Notes: generated by a model not told the origin, from the letters alone. 64,000 nucleotides of DNA from Mobula hypostoma (GCF_963921235.1 NC_086100.1:201936001-202000000), one strand, 5' to 3'. Positions 40,771-51,380 are shown, counted from the first letter of the stretch. Translations and numbers: made by a program.

Positions 40771-43700
40771 CCGGTTTGTGTTGACTGTGGTGTTTATACA
40801 CAGGAAACGTGAAGCTGAACGGTTTGTGTTGGCTGGTGTTTATACATAGGGAATGTGAAGCTGAACGGTTTGTGTTTTATACACAGGGAACGTGAAGCTG
40901 AACGCTTTGTGTTGACTGTGTTTTTATACACAGGGAATGTGAAGCAGAACGGTTTGTGAAGCTGAACAGTTTGTGTTGACTGGTGTTCATACACAGGAAA
41001 CGTGAAGCTAAACGGTTTGTGTTGACTGTGGTGTTTATACACAGGAAACGTGAAGCTGAACGTTTGTGTTGACTGGTGTTTATACACAGGGAACGGGAAG
41101 CTGAACAGTTTGTGTTGACTGGTGTTTATACACAGGGAACGGGAAGCTGAACAGTTTGTGTTGACTGGTGTTTATACACAGGGAACGTGAAGCTGAACGG
41201 TTTGTGTTGACTGTGGTGTTTATATACAGGGAACGGGAAGCTGAACGGTTTGTGTTGTCTGGTGTTTATACACAGGGAACGGGAAGCTGAACGGTTTGTG
41301 TTGACTGGTGTTTATACACAGGGAACGGGAAGCTGAACGGTTTGTGTTGACTGTGGTGTTTATATACAGGGAACGGGAAGCTGAACGGTTTGTGTTGACT
41401 GGTGTTTAAACACAGGAAACGTGAAGTTGAACGGTTTGTGTTGGCTGGTGTTTATACATAGGGAACGTGAAGCTGAACGCTTTGTGTTGACTGTGGTGTT
41501 TATACACGGAACGGGAAGCTGAACGGTTTGTGTTGACTGGTGTTTATACATAGGGAATGTGAAGCTGAACGGTTTGTGTTTTATACACAGGGAACGTGAA
41601 GCTGAACGCTTTGTGTTGACTGTGGTGTTTATACACGGAAAGGGAAGCTGAACGGTTTGTGTTGACTGGTGTTTATACACAGGGAACGGGAAGTTGAACG
41701 GTTTGTGTTGACTGGTGTTTATACGCAGGGAACGGGAAGCTGAACGGTTTGTGTTGACTGTGGTGTTTATACACAGGGAAAAGGAAGCTGAACGTTTGTG
41801 TTGACTGGTGTTTATACACAGGGAACGGGAAGCTGAATGGTTTGTGTTGACTGGTGTTTATACACAGGAAACGTGAAGCTGAACGGTTTGTGTTGACTGT
41901 GGTGTTTATACACAGGGAATGGGAAGCAGAACGGTTTGTGTTGACTGGTGTTTAAACACAGGAAACGTGAAGTTGATCGGTTTGTGTTGACTGTGGTGTT
42001 TATACACATGAAACGGGAAGCTGAACAGTTTGTGTTGACTGGTGTTTATACACAGGAAACGTGAAGCTGAATGGTTTGTGTTGACTGGTGTTTACACACA
42101 GGGAACGTGAAGCTGAACGGTTTGTGTTGACTGTAGTGTTTATACACAGGGAATGTGAAGCTGAACGGTTTGTGTTGACAGGTGTTTATATACAGGAAAC
42201 GGGAAGCTGAACTGTTTGTGTTGACTGTGGTGTTTATACACAGGGAATGTGAAGCTGAACGGTTTGTGTTGACTGGTGTTTATACACAGGAAACGTGAAG
42301 TTGAACGGTTTGTGTTGTCTGGTGTTTATACACAGGAAACGTGAAGCTAAACGGTTTGTGTTGACTGTGATGTTTATATACAGGGAACGGGAAGCTGAAC
42401 GGTTTATGTTGACTGTGGTGTTTAAACACAGAAAACGTGAAGTTGAACGGTTTGTGTTGACTGTGGTGTTTATACACAGGGAACGGGAAGCTGTACGGTT
42501 TGTGTTGACTGTGGTGTTTATACATGGGGAACGTGAAGCTGAACGGTTTGTGTTGACTGGTGTTTATACACAGGAAACGGGAAGCTGAACGGTTTGTGTT
42601 GACTGTGGTGTTTATACACAGGGAACGGGCAGCTGAACGGTTTGTGTTGACTGGTGTTTATACACAGGGAACGGGAAGCTCTACGGTTTGTGTTGACTGT
42701 GGTGTTTATACACAGGAAACGTGAAGCTGAACGGTTTGTGTTGACTGGTGTTTATACACAGGGAACGTGAAGCTGAACGCTTTGTGTTGACTCGTGTTTA
42801 TACACAGGGAACGGGAAGCTCTACGGTTTGTGTTGACTGTGGTGTTTATACACAGGAAACGTGAAGCTGAACGGTTTGTGTTGACTGGTGTTTATACACA
42901 GGTAACGTGAAGCTGAACAGTTTGTGTTGACTGGTGTTCATACACAGGAAACGTGAAGCTAAACGGTTTGTGTTGACTGTGGTGTTTATACACAGGAAAC
43001 GTGAAGCTGAACGTTTGTGTTGACTGGTGTTTATACACAGGGAACGGGAAGCTGAATGGTTTGTGTTGACTGGTGTTTATACACAGGAAACGTGAAGCTG
43101 AACGGTTTGTGTTGACTGTGGTGTTTATACACAGGGAATGGGAAGCTGAACGGTTTGTGTTGACTGGTGTTTAAACACAGGAAACGTGAAGTTGATCGGT
43201 TTGTGTTGACTGGTGTTCATACACAGGAAACGTGAAGCTAAACGGTTTTTGTTGACTGTGGTGTTTATACACAGGAAACGTGAAGCAGAACGTTTGTGTT
43301 GACTGGTGTTTATACACAGGGAACGGGAAGCTGAATGGTTTGTGTTGACTGGTGTTTATACACAGGAAACGTGAAGCTGAACGGTTTGTGTTGACTGTGG
43401 TGTTTATACACGGTGAATGGGATGCTGAACGGTTTGTGTTGACTGGTGTTTAAACACAGGAAACGTGAAGTTGAACGGTTTGTGTTGGCTGGTGTTTATA
43501 CATAGGGAATGTGAAGCTGAACAGTTTGTGTTTTATACACAGGGAATGGGAAGCTGAATGGTTTGTGTTTGCTGTGGTGTTTTTACACAACGGGGACCTG
43601 GGACTGTCCTTCAGTCTTCTTCGGATTGTGCAGAATGGTTGTATGTTCACACTGGGCCTGTTCAGTATTCGGACGGCAGGACGTGGCCCTGTCAGCGTAA

Positions 43701-43819
43701 ACAGCCACCCAGATTCTTTGCACTTCCATCTGCCCGCCCCACCATCCTCTGTCGGTCTGTGTAAGCAACATCTTTGGAACAGTTCACTTGCACTAGGTTC
43801 GGGTTGTCATGGATCTTGT

Positions 43820-44490
43820 TGGTAGTGAGGATAAGCTCCCGCTGCCTGTTCAGGGCTCCCTGTGACGTGTGTCATATGAATAGCCTCTGACAACCGAGTC
43901 CGGCTCCTGGGCTTCACTCCTGGCTTAGCCGCTGAGCCTGGCAGACTCATTTCTACTGAGAGAAGGGGCTGAGGCAGGCTGTTGTACTTATTCCTTTTCA
44001 GCCCTGTGCGCATCGTGGCATTTTTGGCATTTCCCCAGCTTTTGGCTGTGTACAAGGCTCGACAGTCATCCCAGCAAGGATGGAAAATGTGCTGCTGTCA
44101 CTACCCCAGTAGCCGGCTACAAAGGCAGGCTTCTGCTCGCTTCGGGCAGACGGGGCTTGTCAGCTCCTCAAGAAGGAGAGCTCTGACTTCAAACCGCCGT
44201 TGCCTTGTGACTGTACTCACTCATGGGAAAGGCTCTGGGAGTAATCCCTGAGGAAATCTCTGGAGCTGGAGTCCTGAAGGCAGGCCTGTGTTCAACACTG
44301 ACTTGCAACTCCTGCGACGCCACTGGTGCCCGACTGGATCGGCCTCTGCCGTTCCTTTGGATCCATCAGCTGCATGGTGGTGGGTGTAGCCTGCTGCACA
44401 GGCAACAGTATGCTCACCATTTCATGTCACTCTTGCACATCATTAGCAGTAGACAGCTGGGACGCAACACACCATCAGCCGCCCTTAACC
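43820..44490 (+). mobile_element. Degenerate non-autonomous interspersed element, probably RTE-related and SINE-like
   Basis: Non-coding. 44312-44408 is homologous to the central and 3' part of the SINE at 45045-45357. Boundaries approximate; family assignment is inference. Confidence 0.45.
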
Positions 44491-44655
44491 ACAATGTACC
44501 TGAACATTTCTATCGGAATAAATCCTGCAAAAAATTTCTTCAAATCATTAAAAACACTAAAACCCATATCACATCAAAAACAATTAATATTCTTGCTTGG
44601 AGGCATAACAATACAACAGTCCCGTGGGTCAACATTCGTCCATGTCCCTCTACAC

Positions 44656-44735
44656 TTGAGGTTCCCAACCTATTTTTATGCCATGGAGCCTTACCATTAA
44701 CTGAGCGGTCTGTGGACCTCCGCTTCGGAAACCCT
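44656..44735. mobile_element. Short hAT-type MITE remnant
   Basis: Degenerate terminal inverted repeats (gaggttcccaacc ... cttcggaaaccct) resembling CAGGGGTTCCCAAC hAT ends. Confidence 0.55.
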
Positions 44736-45044
44736 AATTTAACCCATTCTTGACAAAGTATCTCTCCGAGTATGGTTTAAAACATGGGTCATGTCTCTGT
44801 GATGTTGTGAGACTACTGATCTGCTGTGTGATTGTGGTTTCAATATTAGAAGGGAGAAGTTTGGTACAAGTGAGAACTGGAAAAGAATGCAGAATAGAGT
44901 AATGCACACAATGTGAAACATAGAAAACCTACAGCACAGTACAGGCCCTTCGGCCCTCAATGCTGTTGCAAACATGAACTTACTTTGGAAATTACCTCGG
45001 GTTACCCATAGCCCTCTATTTTTCTAAGCTCCATGTACCTATCT

Positions 45045-45357
45045 CAAGGCATCCGTTAGTCTTGCGAGACTATGGATCTGCGCCTGGGAAGTCTTCACTC
45101 TCCAGGGCGCAGGCCTGGGCAAGGTTGTATGGAAGACCAGCAGTTGCCCATGCTGCAAGTCTCCCCTCTCCATGACACCAATGTTGTCCAAGGGAAGGGC
45201 ATTAGGACCCATACAGCTTGGCACCAGTGTTGTCGCAGAGCAATGTGTGATTAAGTGCCTTGCTCAAGGACACAACACGTTCCCTCGGCTGGGGCTCGAA
45301 CTCACGACCTTCAGGTAGCTAGTCCAATGCATTAACCACTTGGCCATGTGCCCACAC
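45045..45357 (-). mobile_element. tRNA-headed SINE with a CORE-like domain and 9-bp target-site duplication
   Basis: Minus strand has A box tggccaagtgg, B box gagttcgagcc and CORE-like gtgtccttgagcaaggcacttaa. TSD tacctatct at 45036-45044 and 45358-45366. Confidence 0.88.
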
Positions 45358-45678
45358 TACCTATCTAGGAGTCTCTTAAAAAGTCTCCACCACCGTCGCC
45401 GGCAGCCCATTCCACGCACTCACCACTCTCTGCATAAAAAAACTTACCCCTGTTATCTCCTCTGTACCTACTTCCAAGCACCTTAAAACTGTGCCCTCTT
45501 GTGCTAGCTATTCCAGCCTTGGAAAAAAGCCTCTGACCATCCACACGATCAGTGCCTCTGATTATCTTGTACACCTCTATCAGGTCACCTCTCATCCTCC
45601 ATCGCTCCAAGGAGAAAAAGCTGAGTTCACTCAACCTATTCTCATAGGGCTTGCTCCCCAATCCAGGCAACATCCTTT

Positions 45679-46301
45679 TGTAACGCTTGGCTTGATCGGC
45701 TCCCGTTCGTCGAGGAGAAACTGCCGTCTGCCCACCAAACTGTGTCTCCCGTTTGCGTAGATGCTGTGTAATGCACCCCGGTACAAACCCACAGCGTAAA
45801 ACAGCAGACAGTACACAATATGCGATTTAAATGATTCCACTTTATAACTCTTATTTTGTGATGTGGTTAGTAGAAAAGCAAAATAGTAAAGAAAAGGCAC
45901 CATTTTAGTTGATTTTAACCAGGCCATGCACAAGTAAATCCGTTGGAGGTCACGGAACCAGGTCTCCTTTCCACCAACCGATCTCCTCCGAACTCCGTCG
46001 GCTCTCAGCTGGGACCAGACCCGGTGGTCTACCAGAGCGATCCACACGCGTCCGTCCTCTTCCCTTCTCCTCGACGAAAGCCAGCACAGTAACTCCAGCT
46101 CCCACGCATACAAAATAGAATAACGTGACTTCCATTGGTTATTCCCCGTTATCTGCAGTTATAGCCCAAACATCGCAGCTGCAGAGAAACATTACTTCAT
46201 CAGTTAACATTACAGAGAAGCTATTTCATTATAACACTACAGAAAAGCCATTTTATTATTAGCCTTTAACATCACTGAGAACCCCCCCCCCCGCCACCAC
46301 A
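45679..46301. mobile_element. Solo LTR (623 bp, TG...CA), probably Gypsy-type
   Basis: Begins tgtaacg and ends caccaca. Flanked by 4-bp cttt/cttg. Removing it restores the CR1 sequence catccttgtaaatctcc. Confidence 0.75.
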
Positions 46302-46944
46302 CTTGTAAATCTCCTCTGCACTCTTTCTATGGTTTCCACATCCTTCCTGTAGTGAGGTGACCAGAACTGAGCACAGTACTCCAAGTGGGGTCTGACCAGG
46401 GTCCTATAATAGCTGCAACATTACCTCTCGGCTTCTAAACTCAATCCCACAATTGACGAAGGCCAATGTTCTGTATGCCTTCTTAACCACAGAGTCAACC
46501 TGCGCAGCTGCTTTGAGTGTCCTATGGAGTCGGACCCCAAAATCCCTCTGATCTTCCACACTGCCAAGTGTCTTACCATTAATACTATATTCTGCCATCA
46601 TATTTGACCTACCAAAATGAACCACCTCACCCTTACCTGGGTTGACTTCCATCTGCCACTTCTCAGCCCAGTTTTGCATCCTATCGATGTTCCGCTGTAA
46701 CCTCTGACAGCCCTCCATCAGCAAATTTACTAACCCATCCCTCCACTTCCTCATCCAGGTCATTTATAAAAATCACTAAGAGTAGGGGTCCCAGAACAGA
46801 TCGCTGAGGCACACCACTGGTCACCGACCTCCATACAGAATATGACACATCTACAACCACTGTTTGCCTTCTGTGGGCAAGCCAGTTCTGGATCCACAAA
46901 GCGATGTCCCCTTGGATCCCATGCCTCCTTACTATCCCTTGCCA

Positions 46945-48115
46945 CAGGAGGCTACTTACGAGCTCATAGTATTACAGAAAAGATTCTAGTATGGATAGAG
47001 CAGTGGCTGATTGAAAAGGAAGCAATGAGTGGGAATAAAGGGAGCCTTTTCTGATTGGATGCCAAGAATGAGTGGTATTCCACAGGGATCTGGGTTGGGA
47101 ACGATTCTTTTTATGTTATATGTCAATGATTTGGATGATGGAATTGATGACTTTGTGGCCAAGTTTGCAGGTGGTATGAATATAGGTAGAGGGGCAGGTA
47201 GTGTTGAGGAAGCAGGGAGACCAAGAGACTACAGAAGGATTAGACGGATCGTCATTTAGGACAGAGCTGGAGATATTTGTTTAGCCAGAGAGTGGTGAAT
47301 CTGTTACCACAAAGGATGCAGAGGGGGATCACAAAGGCGAGGAAAGAGGACCGGGTCGAGACAACAGAGGCTTATGGAGAAGAGGAGTTCAGTGGGTAAT
47401 AAAATGGACGAGTTCACGGCGCCAGCCAGGCGTCAGAGAACATTTCGGTAGTGCAATGTTATGTGTTTTACTGAAACGGGGCTGCATGAGGACATACCCG
47501 ACCAAAACTTTTCCACGGACGGCTTCCAGACCGTTCGGGCTGACCGGAATTGCACTGAGAGCGGTAAGCATAAAGGAGTTGGGTACTTACTGTTCTGGTT
47601 AACAACAGATGGTGCAATCCAGGTCATATTACGATCGAGGAACGTGTTTGTAGACCGGATATTGAACTTTTTACTGTTGGACTTCAGCCATATTCCACCG
47701 AGATACAACACTGGGCGGCACGGGAGGTCGTTCCTGCCTGTGGCCATCGAACTTGCAGCTCCTCCCGTGGAGGGTCAGACACCCTGAGCCAATAGGCTGG
47801 TCCTGGACTTATTTCCATCTGGCATAGTTTGCATTTTGTTGTTTGATTATTTGTGGTTTTTGTATTGCTATATTTATGCTCTATTCTTGGTTGGTGCGAC
47901 TGTAAGGAAACCCAATTTCCTGCGGGATCAATAGAGTATATCTATCTATAAATCATTGGGTATATTTAAAGCTGAGTTTATTGGGATCTTGATTAGTTAG
48001 GGTGTCAAAGGTTAAGGGGAGAAGGCAGGAGAGTAGGGTTTAGAGGGATAACATCATGGTGGAGCCGACTCAATGACTGAATGGTCTAATTCTGCTTCTA
48101 TGTCTTGTGCTTTTA
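46945..48115 (+). mobile_element. Old, internally deleted CR1 fragment (RT to 3' UTR), interrupted by a Rex1-like piece
   Basis: Peptides [17 protein letters not shown] and SGIPQGSGLG...YVNDLD; CR1-like 3' tail near 48065-48115. Confidence 0.75.
47315..47950 (+). mobile_element. Internally deleted Rex1/Babar-like LINE (endonuclease start fused to the 3' end)
   Basis: CFTETGLHEDIPD endonuclease-like peptide. 47692-47810 matches the 3' end of the element at 57709-57829. Ends gggatcaatagagtatatctatcta. Confidence 0.7.
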
Positions 48116-48255
48116 TGGGTTGGAGGGGATGGAGAGGCTTGGAGTGGAGGATGGGATGGGGTAGTGGATGATCGATTGGGGCAGAGCGACCTCAGCGAGC
48201 ATCCACCAATCCAGGTGAGGAGAAGATAGTGTACATGAAATAGACTTTGTCTGCA

Positions 48256-48700
48256 AGAGACAGGAACATCGGAGTGGGGTAACAGGAATGCTGGGGCGGG
48301 AGACAGGAACATCGGGATGGGGTAACAGGAATGCTGGGGCGGGAGACAGGAACATCGGGATGGGGTAACAGGAATGCTGGGGCGGGAGACAGGAACATCG
48401 GGATGGGGTAACAGGAATGCTGGGGCGGGAGACAGGAACATCGGGATGGGGTAACAGGAATGCTGGGGCGGGAGACAGGAACATCGGGATGGGGTAACAG
48501 GAATGCTGGGGCGGGAGACAGGAACATCAGGATGGGGTAACAGGAATGCTGGGGCAGGAGACAGGAACATCAAGATGGGGTAACAGGAATGCTGGGGCGG
48601 GAGACAGGAACATCAGGATGGGGTAACAGGAATGCTGGGTGGAAGACAGGAACATCGGGATGGGGTAACAGGAATGCTGGGGCGGGAGACAGGAACGTTG
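48256..48700. repeat. 43-bp minisatellite (gagacaggaacatcgggatggggtaacaggaatgctggggcgg), ~10 copies, degenerate units to ~48930
   Basis: Direct periodicity, e.g. agacagg at 48301 and 48344. Confidence 0.95.
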
Positions 48701-49095
48701 GAACATGGGTGAATGGGACGGGAGATCGGAGCAGGGGACAGAAATGCTGGAGATGGAAGTGTTGGAGCGGGAGATTCAGGGCGGGAATGCTGGGAAGGGA
48801 GAAAGGAACATCGGCAGTGGGAGCATTAGGAATGCTTGGATAGGAAATGGGAACATCAGGACAGGGACGTGGACTGGAACGCTGGTGGCAGGAGACGTGA
48901 ACATTGGGGTTAGGAGTGTCGGGGAACATTGGCTCATCCTTGACCTCAGTACCCCACACCTCTCCCCTCCCCTCCCATGGGATAAGAGCAGGCCTTTGCC
49001 GAGGGAGAGGACCAGCATGGGATGGGATGGGATGGGCAGGGTCGGAGTCAGTGGTTGGGGAGGTGACCTTCTAACATGCTGTGTGTGTCCTGCAG

Positions 49096-49158
49096 TTTAC
49101 CCAGAGTGCCTTGGACTGTATGGCGGTGGAGGTGGGGCGGCTGCGTGCACTGCTACAG
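49096..49158 (+). CDS. DCTN1: DCTN1 exon (63 nt): [21 protein letters not shown]
   Basis: cctgcag| ... |gtcagt; directly continues the 3844-3912 exon in p150Glued. Confidence 0.96.
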
Positions 49159-49268
49159 GTCAGTCTGTCATACACATCTACCCTGTCCTGCATCCGCGCC
49201 CCGTGACCGACTCTCTCAACACCCTGACCCACCCAGCCCAGCCCCTAGTGACAGCTCTCTCCCCACAG

Positions 49269-49418
49269 GCGGGGCAGGAGGCTGCCGATCTGCCCCTGCT
49301 GCTGCGCGACCTGGACACCTCGTGCAGTGATGTGCGTCAGTTCTGTAAGAAGGTGCGGAGACGCATGCCCGGCACTGGGGCCCCTGGGACCCCCACCGCT
49401 CTCACCTTTGGCTCGCAG
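49269..49418 (+). CDS. DCTN1: DCTN1 exon (150 nt): [50 protein letters not shown]
   Basis: ccccacag| ... |gtacgg; conserved RQFCKK.RRRMPG motif. Confidence 0.97.
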
Positions 49419-49624
49419 GTACGGGGTGTGGGAGGGGCATTGTGTGTGTGTGGGCGGTGGTGACGGATCATTGGGGGGATGATGGGGTTGTGGGGTCAAA
49501 GTTGCAGTGCTGTGTCGGGGGTCAGGGAGAGAGCTCTGTGACAGCTAGTATACGATGCACTGCAGATTCCGGAGCTGGGTGGTGTTGGGGTCAGGGTGAC
49601 AGTGACAGTGGTTCTGTGTGACAG

Positions 49625-49786
49625 GTATACGACGCGTTGCTGGACTGCCGCAGACATCTGACTCGGGTGGTAGCTGTGCTACAAGAGGTGGCAGCCGCTG
49701 GGGTCCAGCTCATCGCCCCCCTTCCTGACAATGAAGGTCTACCCCCCCAGCAGCTGGAGGAGCTGGCCATCAAAGCAACACAGCAG
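49625..49786 (+). CDS. DCTN1: DCTN1 exon (162 nt): [54 protein letters not shown]
   Basis: gtgacag| ... |gtgtgt; matches p150Glued. Confidence 0.96.
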
Positions 49787-50152
49787 GTGTGTGAATGGGG
49801 AGGGTGCGGGCAGGCAGCAGGGAAGGGTGGGTGGGGTTTGGGAGCGGGTGAGAGGTGGGGGAGGGGGGATGGAGCTGGGATGGTGTGTCTGTGTCCCAGG
49901 TGTGTGGGGAGGGGGTGGTTATGGGTGGGACGGGGAGAGATCGGGGTGGAGATGTTGGGAAGGGAGGAGGGAGGAGCAGGGAGCGGGGCCAGTTCTGGGC
50001 AGCCTCTGACAGTCTCCGCTGTGTTCCAGGTGTATGGGGAGGGGGTGGTTATGGGTGGGACGGGGAGAGATCGGGGTGGAGGTGTTGGGAAGTGGGGAGT
50101 GGGGAGCGGGGCCAGTTCTGGGCAGCCTCTGACAGTCTCCGCTGTGTTCCAG

Positions 50153-50284
50153 GTGTATGGGGCAGGGGTGGCCAGCCCCCACGAGAGTCTCCGTCAGTCC
50201 TGCACCCTGGTGATTGTCACCATGAACAAAATGGCCACCGCTATGCAGGAGGGCGAGTTTGACTCGGAGAGTGCCATCAGCAAG
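50153..50284 (+). CDS. DCTN1: DCTN1 exon (132 nt): [44 protein letters not shown]
   Basis: gtgttccag| ... |gtgaga; conserved [12 protein letters not shown] motif. An alternative acceptor exists at 50030. Confidence 0.95.
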
Positions 50285-50288
50285 GTGA

Positions 50289-50490
50289 GAAACATAGAAC
50301 ATCACAACACAGTACAAGCCCTTTGGCCCGTGATATTGTGCTAACCCCTTTAACCTACTCTGAGATCAATCTAACCCTTCCCTCCTCCATTTTTCCATCA
50401 TTCACATCCCTATCTAAGAGTCTGTTAAGCGTCCCTGATGCACCTGCCTCTATCACCATCAACGGCAGGGCGTTCCAGCACCCGACACGC
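50289..50490 (-). mobile_element. CR1-type 3' end fragment abutting the exon donor
   Basis: gaaacatagaacatcacaacacagtacaagccctttggccc is a reverse-oriented CR1 tail. Confidence 0.7.
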
Positions 50491-50530
50491 TATGTGTAAA
50501 CAGAACGTAACCGGTGAAGTAGCTAACACA

Positions 50531-50696
50531 GAAACATAGAAAACCTACAGCACAATACAGGTCCTTCGGCCCTCAAAGTTGTGCCGAACATGTCCCTACC
50601 TTAGAAATTAGTAGGCTTACCCATAACCCTCTATTTTTCTAAGCTCTGTGTACCTGTCCAAAAATCTCTAAAAAGACCCTATTGTATCTGCCTCCA
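50531..50696 (-). mobile_element. CR1 3' end fragment
   Basis: gaaacatagaaaacctacagcacaatacagg..., similar to 44917-45045. Confidence 0.8.
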
Positions 50697-51380
50697 CCAG
50701 AGATTGCGGAGGCATTAACAATGATCTTTCAAGAATCGATAGATTCTGGCATTGTACCGGATGACTGGAAAATTGCAAATGTTACTCTGCTATTTAAGAA
50801 GGGTGGGAGGCAGCAGAAAGGAAACTGTAGACCTGTTAGCCTGGCATCAGTGGTTGGGAAGTTGTTGGAATTGATTGTTAGAGATGAGATTATGGAGTAC
50901 CTGGAGGCACATGACAAGATAGGCCAAAGCCAGCATGGTTTCCTGAAAGGAAAATCCTGGCTGACTAATCTACTGCAATTCTTTGAGGAAATTACAAGCA
51001 GGGTAGACAAAGGAGATGCAGTAGATGTGGTGTACTTGGATTTTCAGAAGGCCTTTGACAAGGTGCCGCACATGAGGCTGCTTAGCAAGATAAGAGCCCA
51101 TGGAATTACAGGGGAGTTACTAGCATGGGTGGAGCATTGGCTGATCGGCAGAAAACAGAGAGTGGGAATAAAGGGATCCTATTCTCTCTAGCTGCTGGTT
51201 ACCAGTGGAGTTCCACAGGGGTCGGTGTTGGGACCGCTGCTTTTTACGATGTATGTCAATGATTTGGACTATGGGATTAATGGATTTGTGGCTAAATTTG
51301 CCAATGATACAAAGATAGGTGGAGGAGCAGGTAGTATTGAGGAAACAGAGAGCCTGCAGAGGGATGTAGATAGTTTAGAG
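50697..51380 (+). mobile_element. CR1 RT fragment
   Basis: ORF 50682-51191 has DWKIANV, QHGFLKGKS and YLDFQKAFDKVPH; continues past a stop to FANDTK. Confidence 0.93.

Larger units (their letters stand above)
4098..43590. repeat. Intronic satellite, 48-bp unit gggaacgtgaagctgaacggtttgtgttgactgtggtgtttatacaca with a 46-bp variant lacking tg; roughly 800 units over ~39.5 kb
   Basis: Continuous head-to-tail periodicity, with rarer 37-bp and 45-bp deletion variants. Confidence 0.99.
44915..46935 (-). mobile_element. Degenerate CR1 LINE 3' portion, interrupted by a SINE and a solo LTR
   Basis: 3' tail aacatagaaaacctacagcac at ~44917. RT C-terminal fragments RRMRGDLIEVYKI, WAEKWQME and SVLGPLL...INDLD in the ORF track. 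Confidence 0.9.

Noticed and set aside
4098..43590. Well over a hundred short ORFs (YKHHSQHKPFSF, FIHREREAERFVLT repeats)
   Set aside because: Artefacts of a 48-bp unit; frames break at each 46-bp unit, and the region is a DCTN1 intron.
45280..45355. tRNA gene
   Set aside because: The A and B boxes belong to a SINE head followed by a CORE-like body and flanked by a TSD.
50531..51380. Twin-primed (5'-inverted) single CR1 insertion
   Set aside because: The two pieces are far apart in LINE coordinates, no TSD is visible and the far end is cut by the hAT; two independent fragments explain it equally well.
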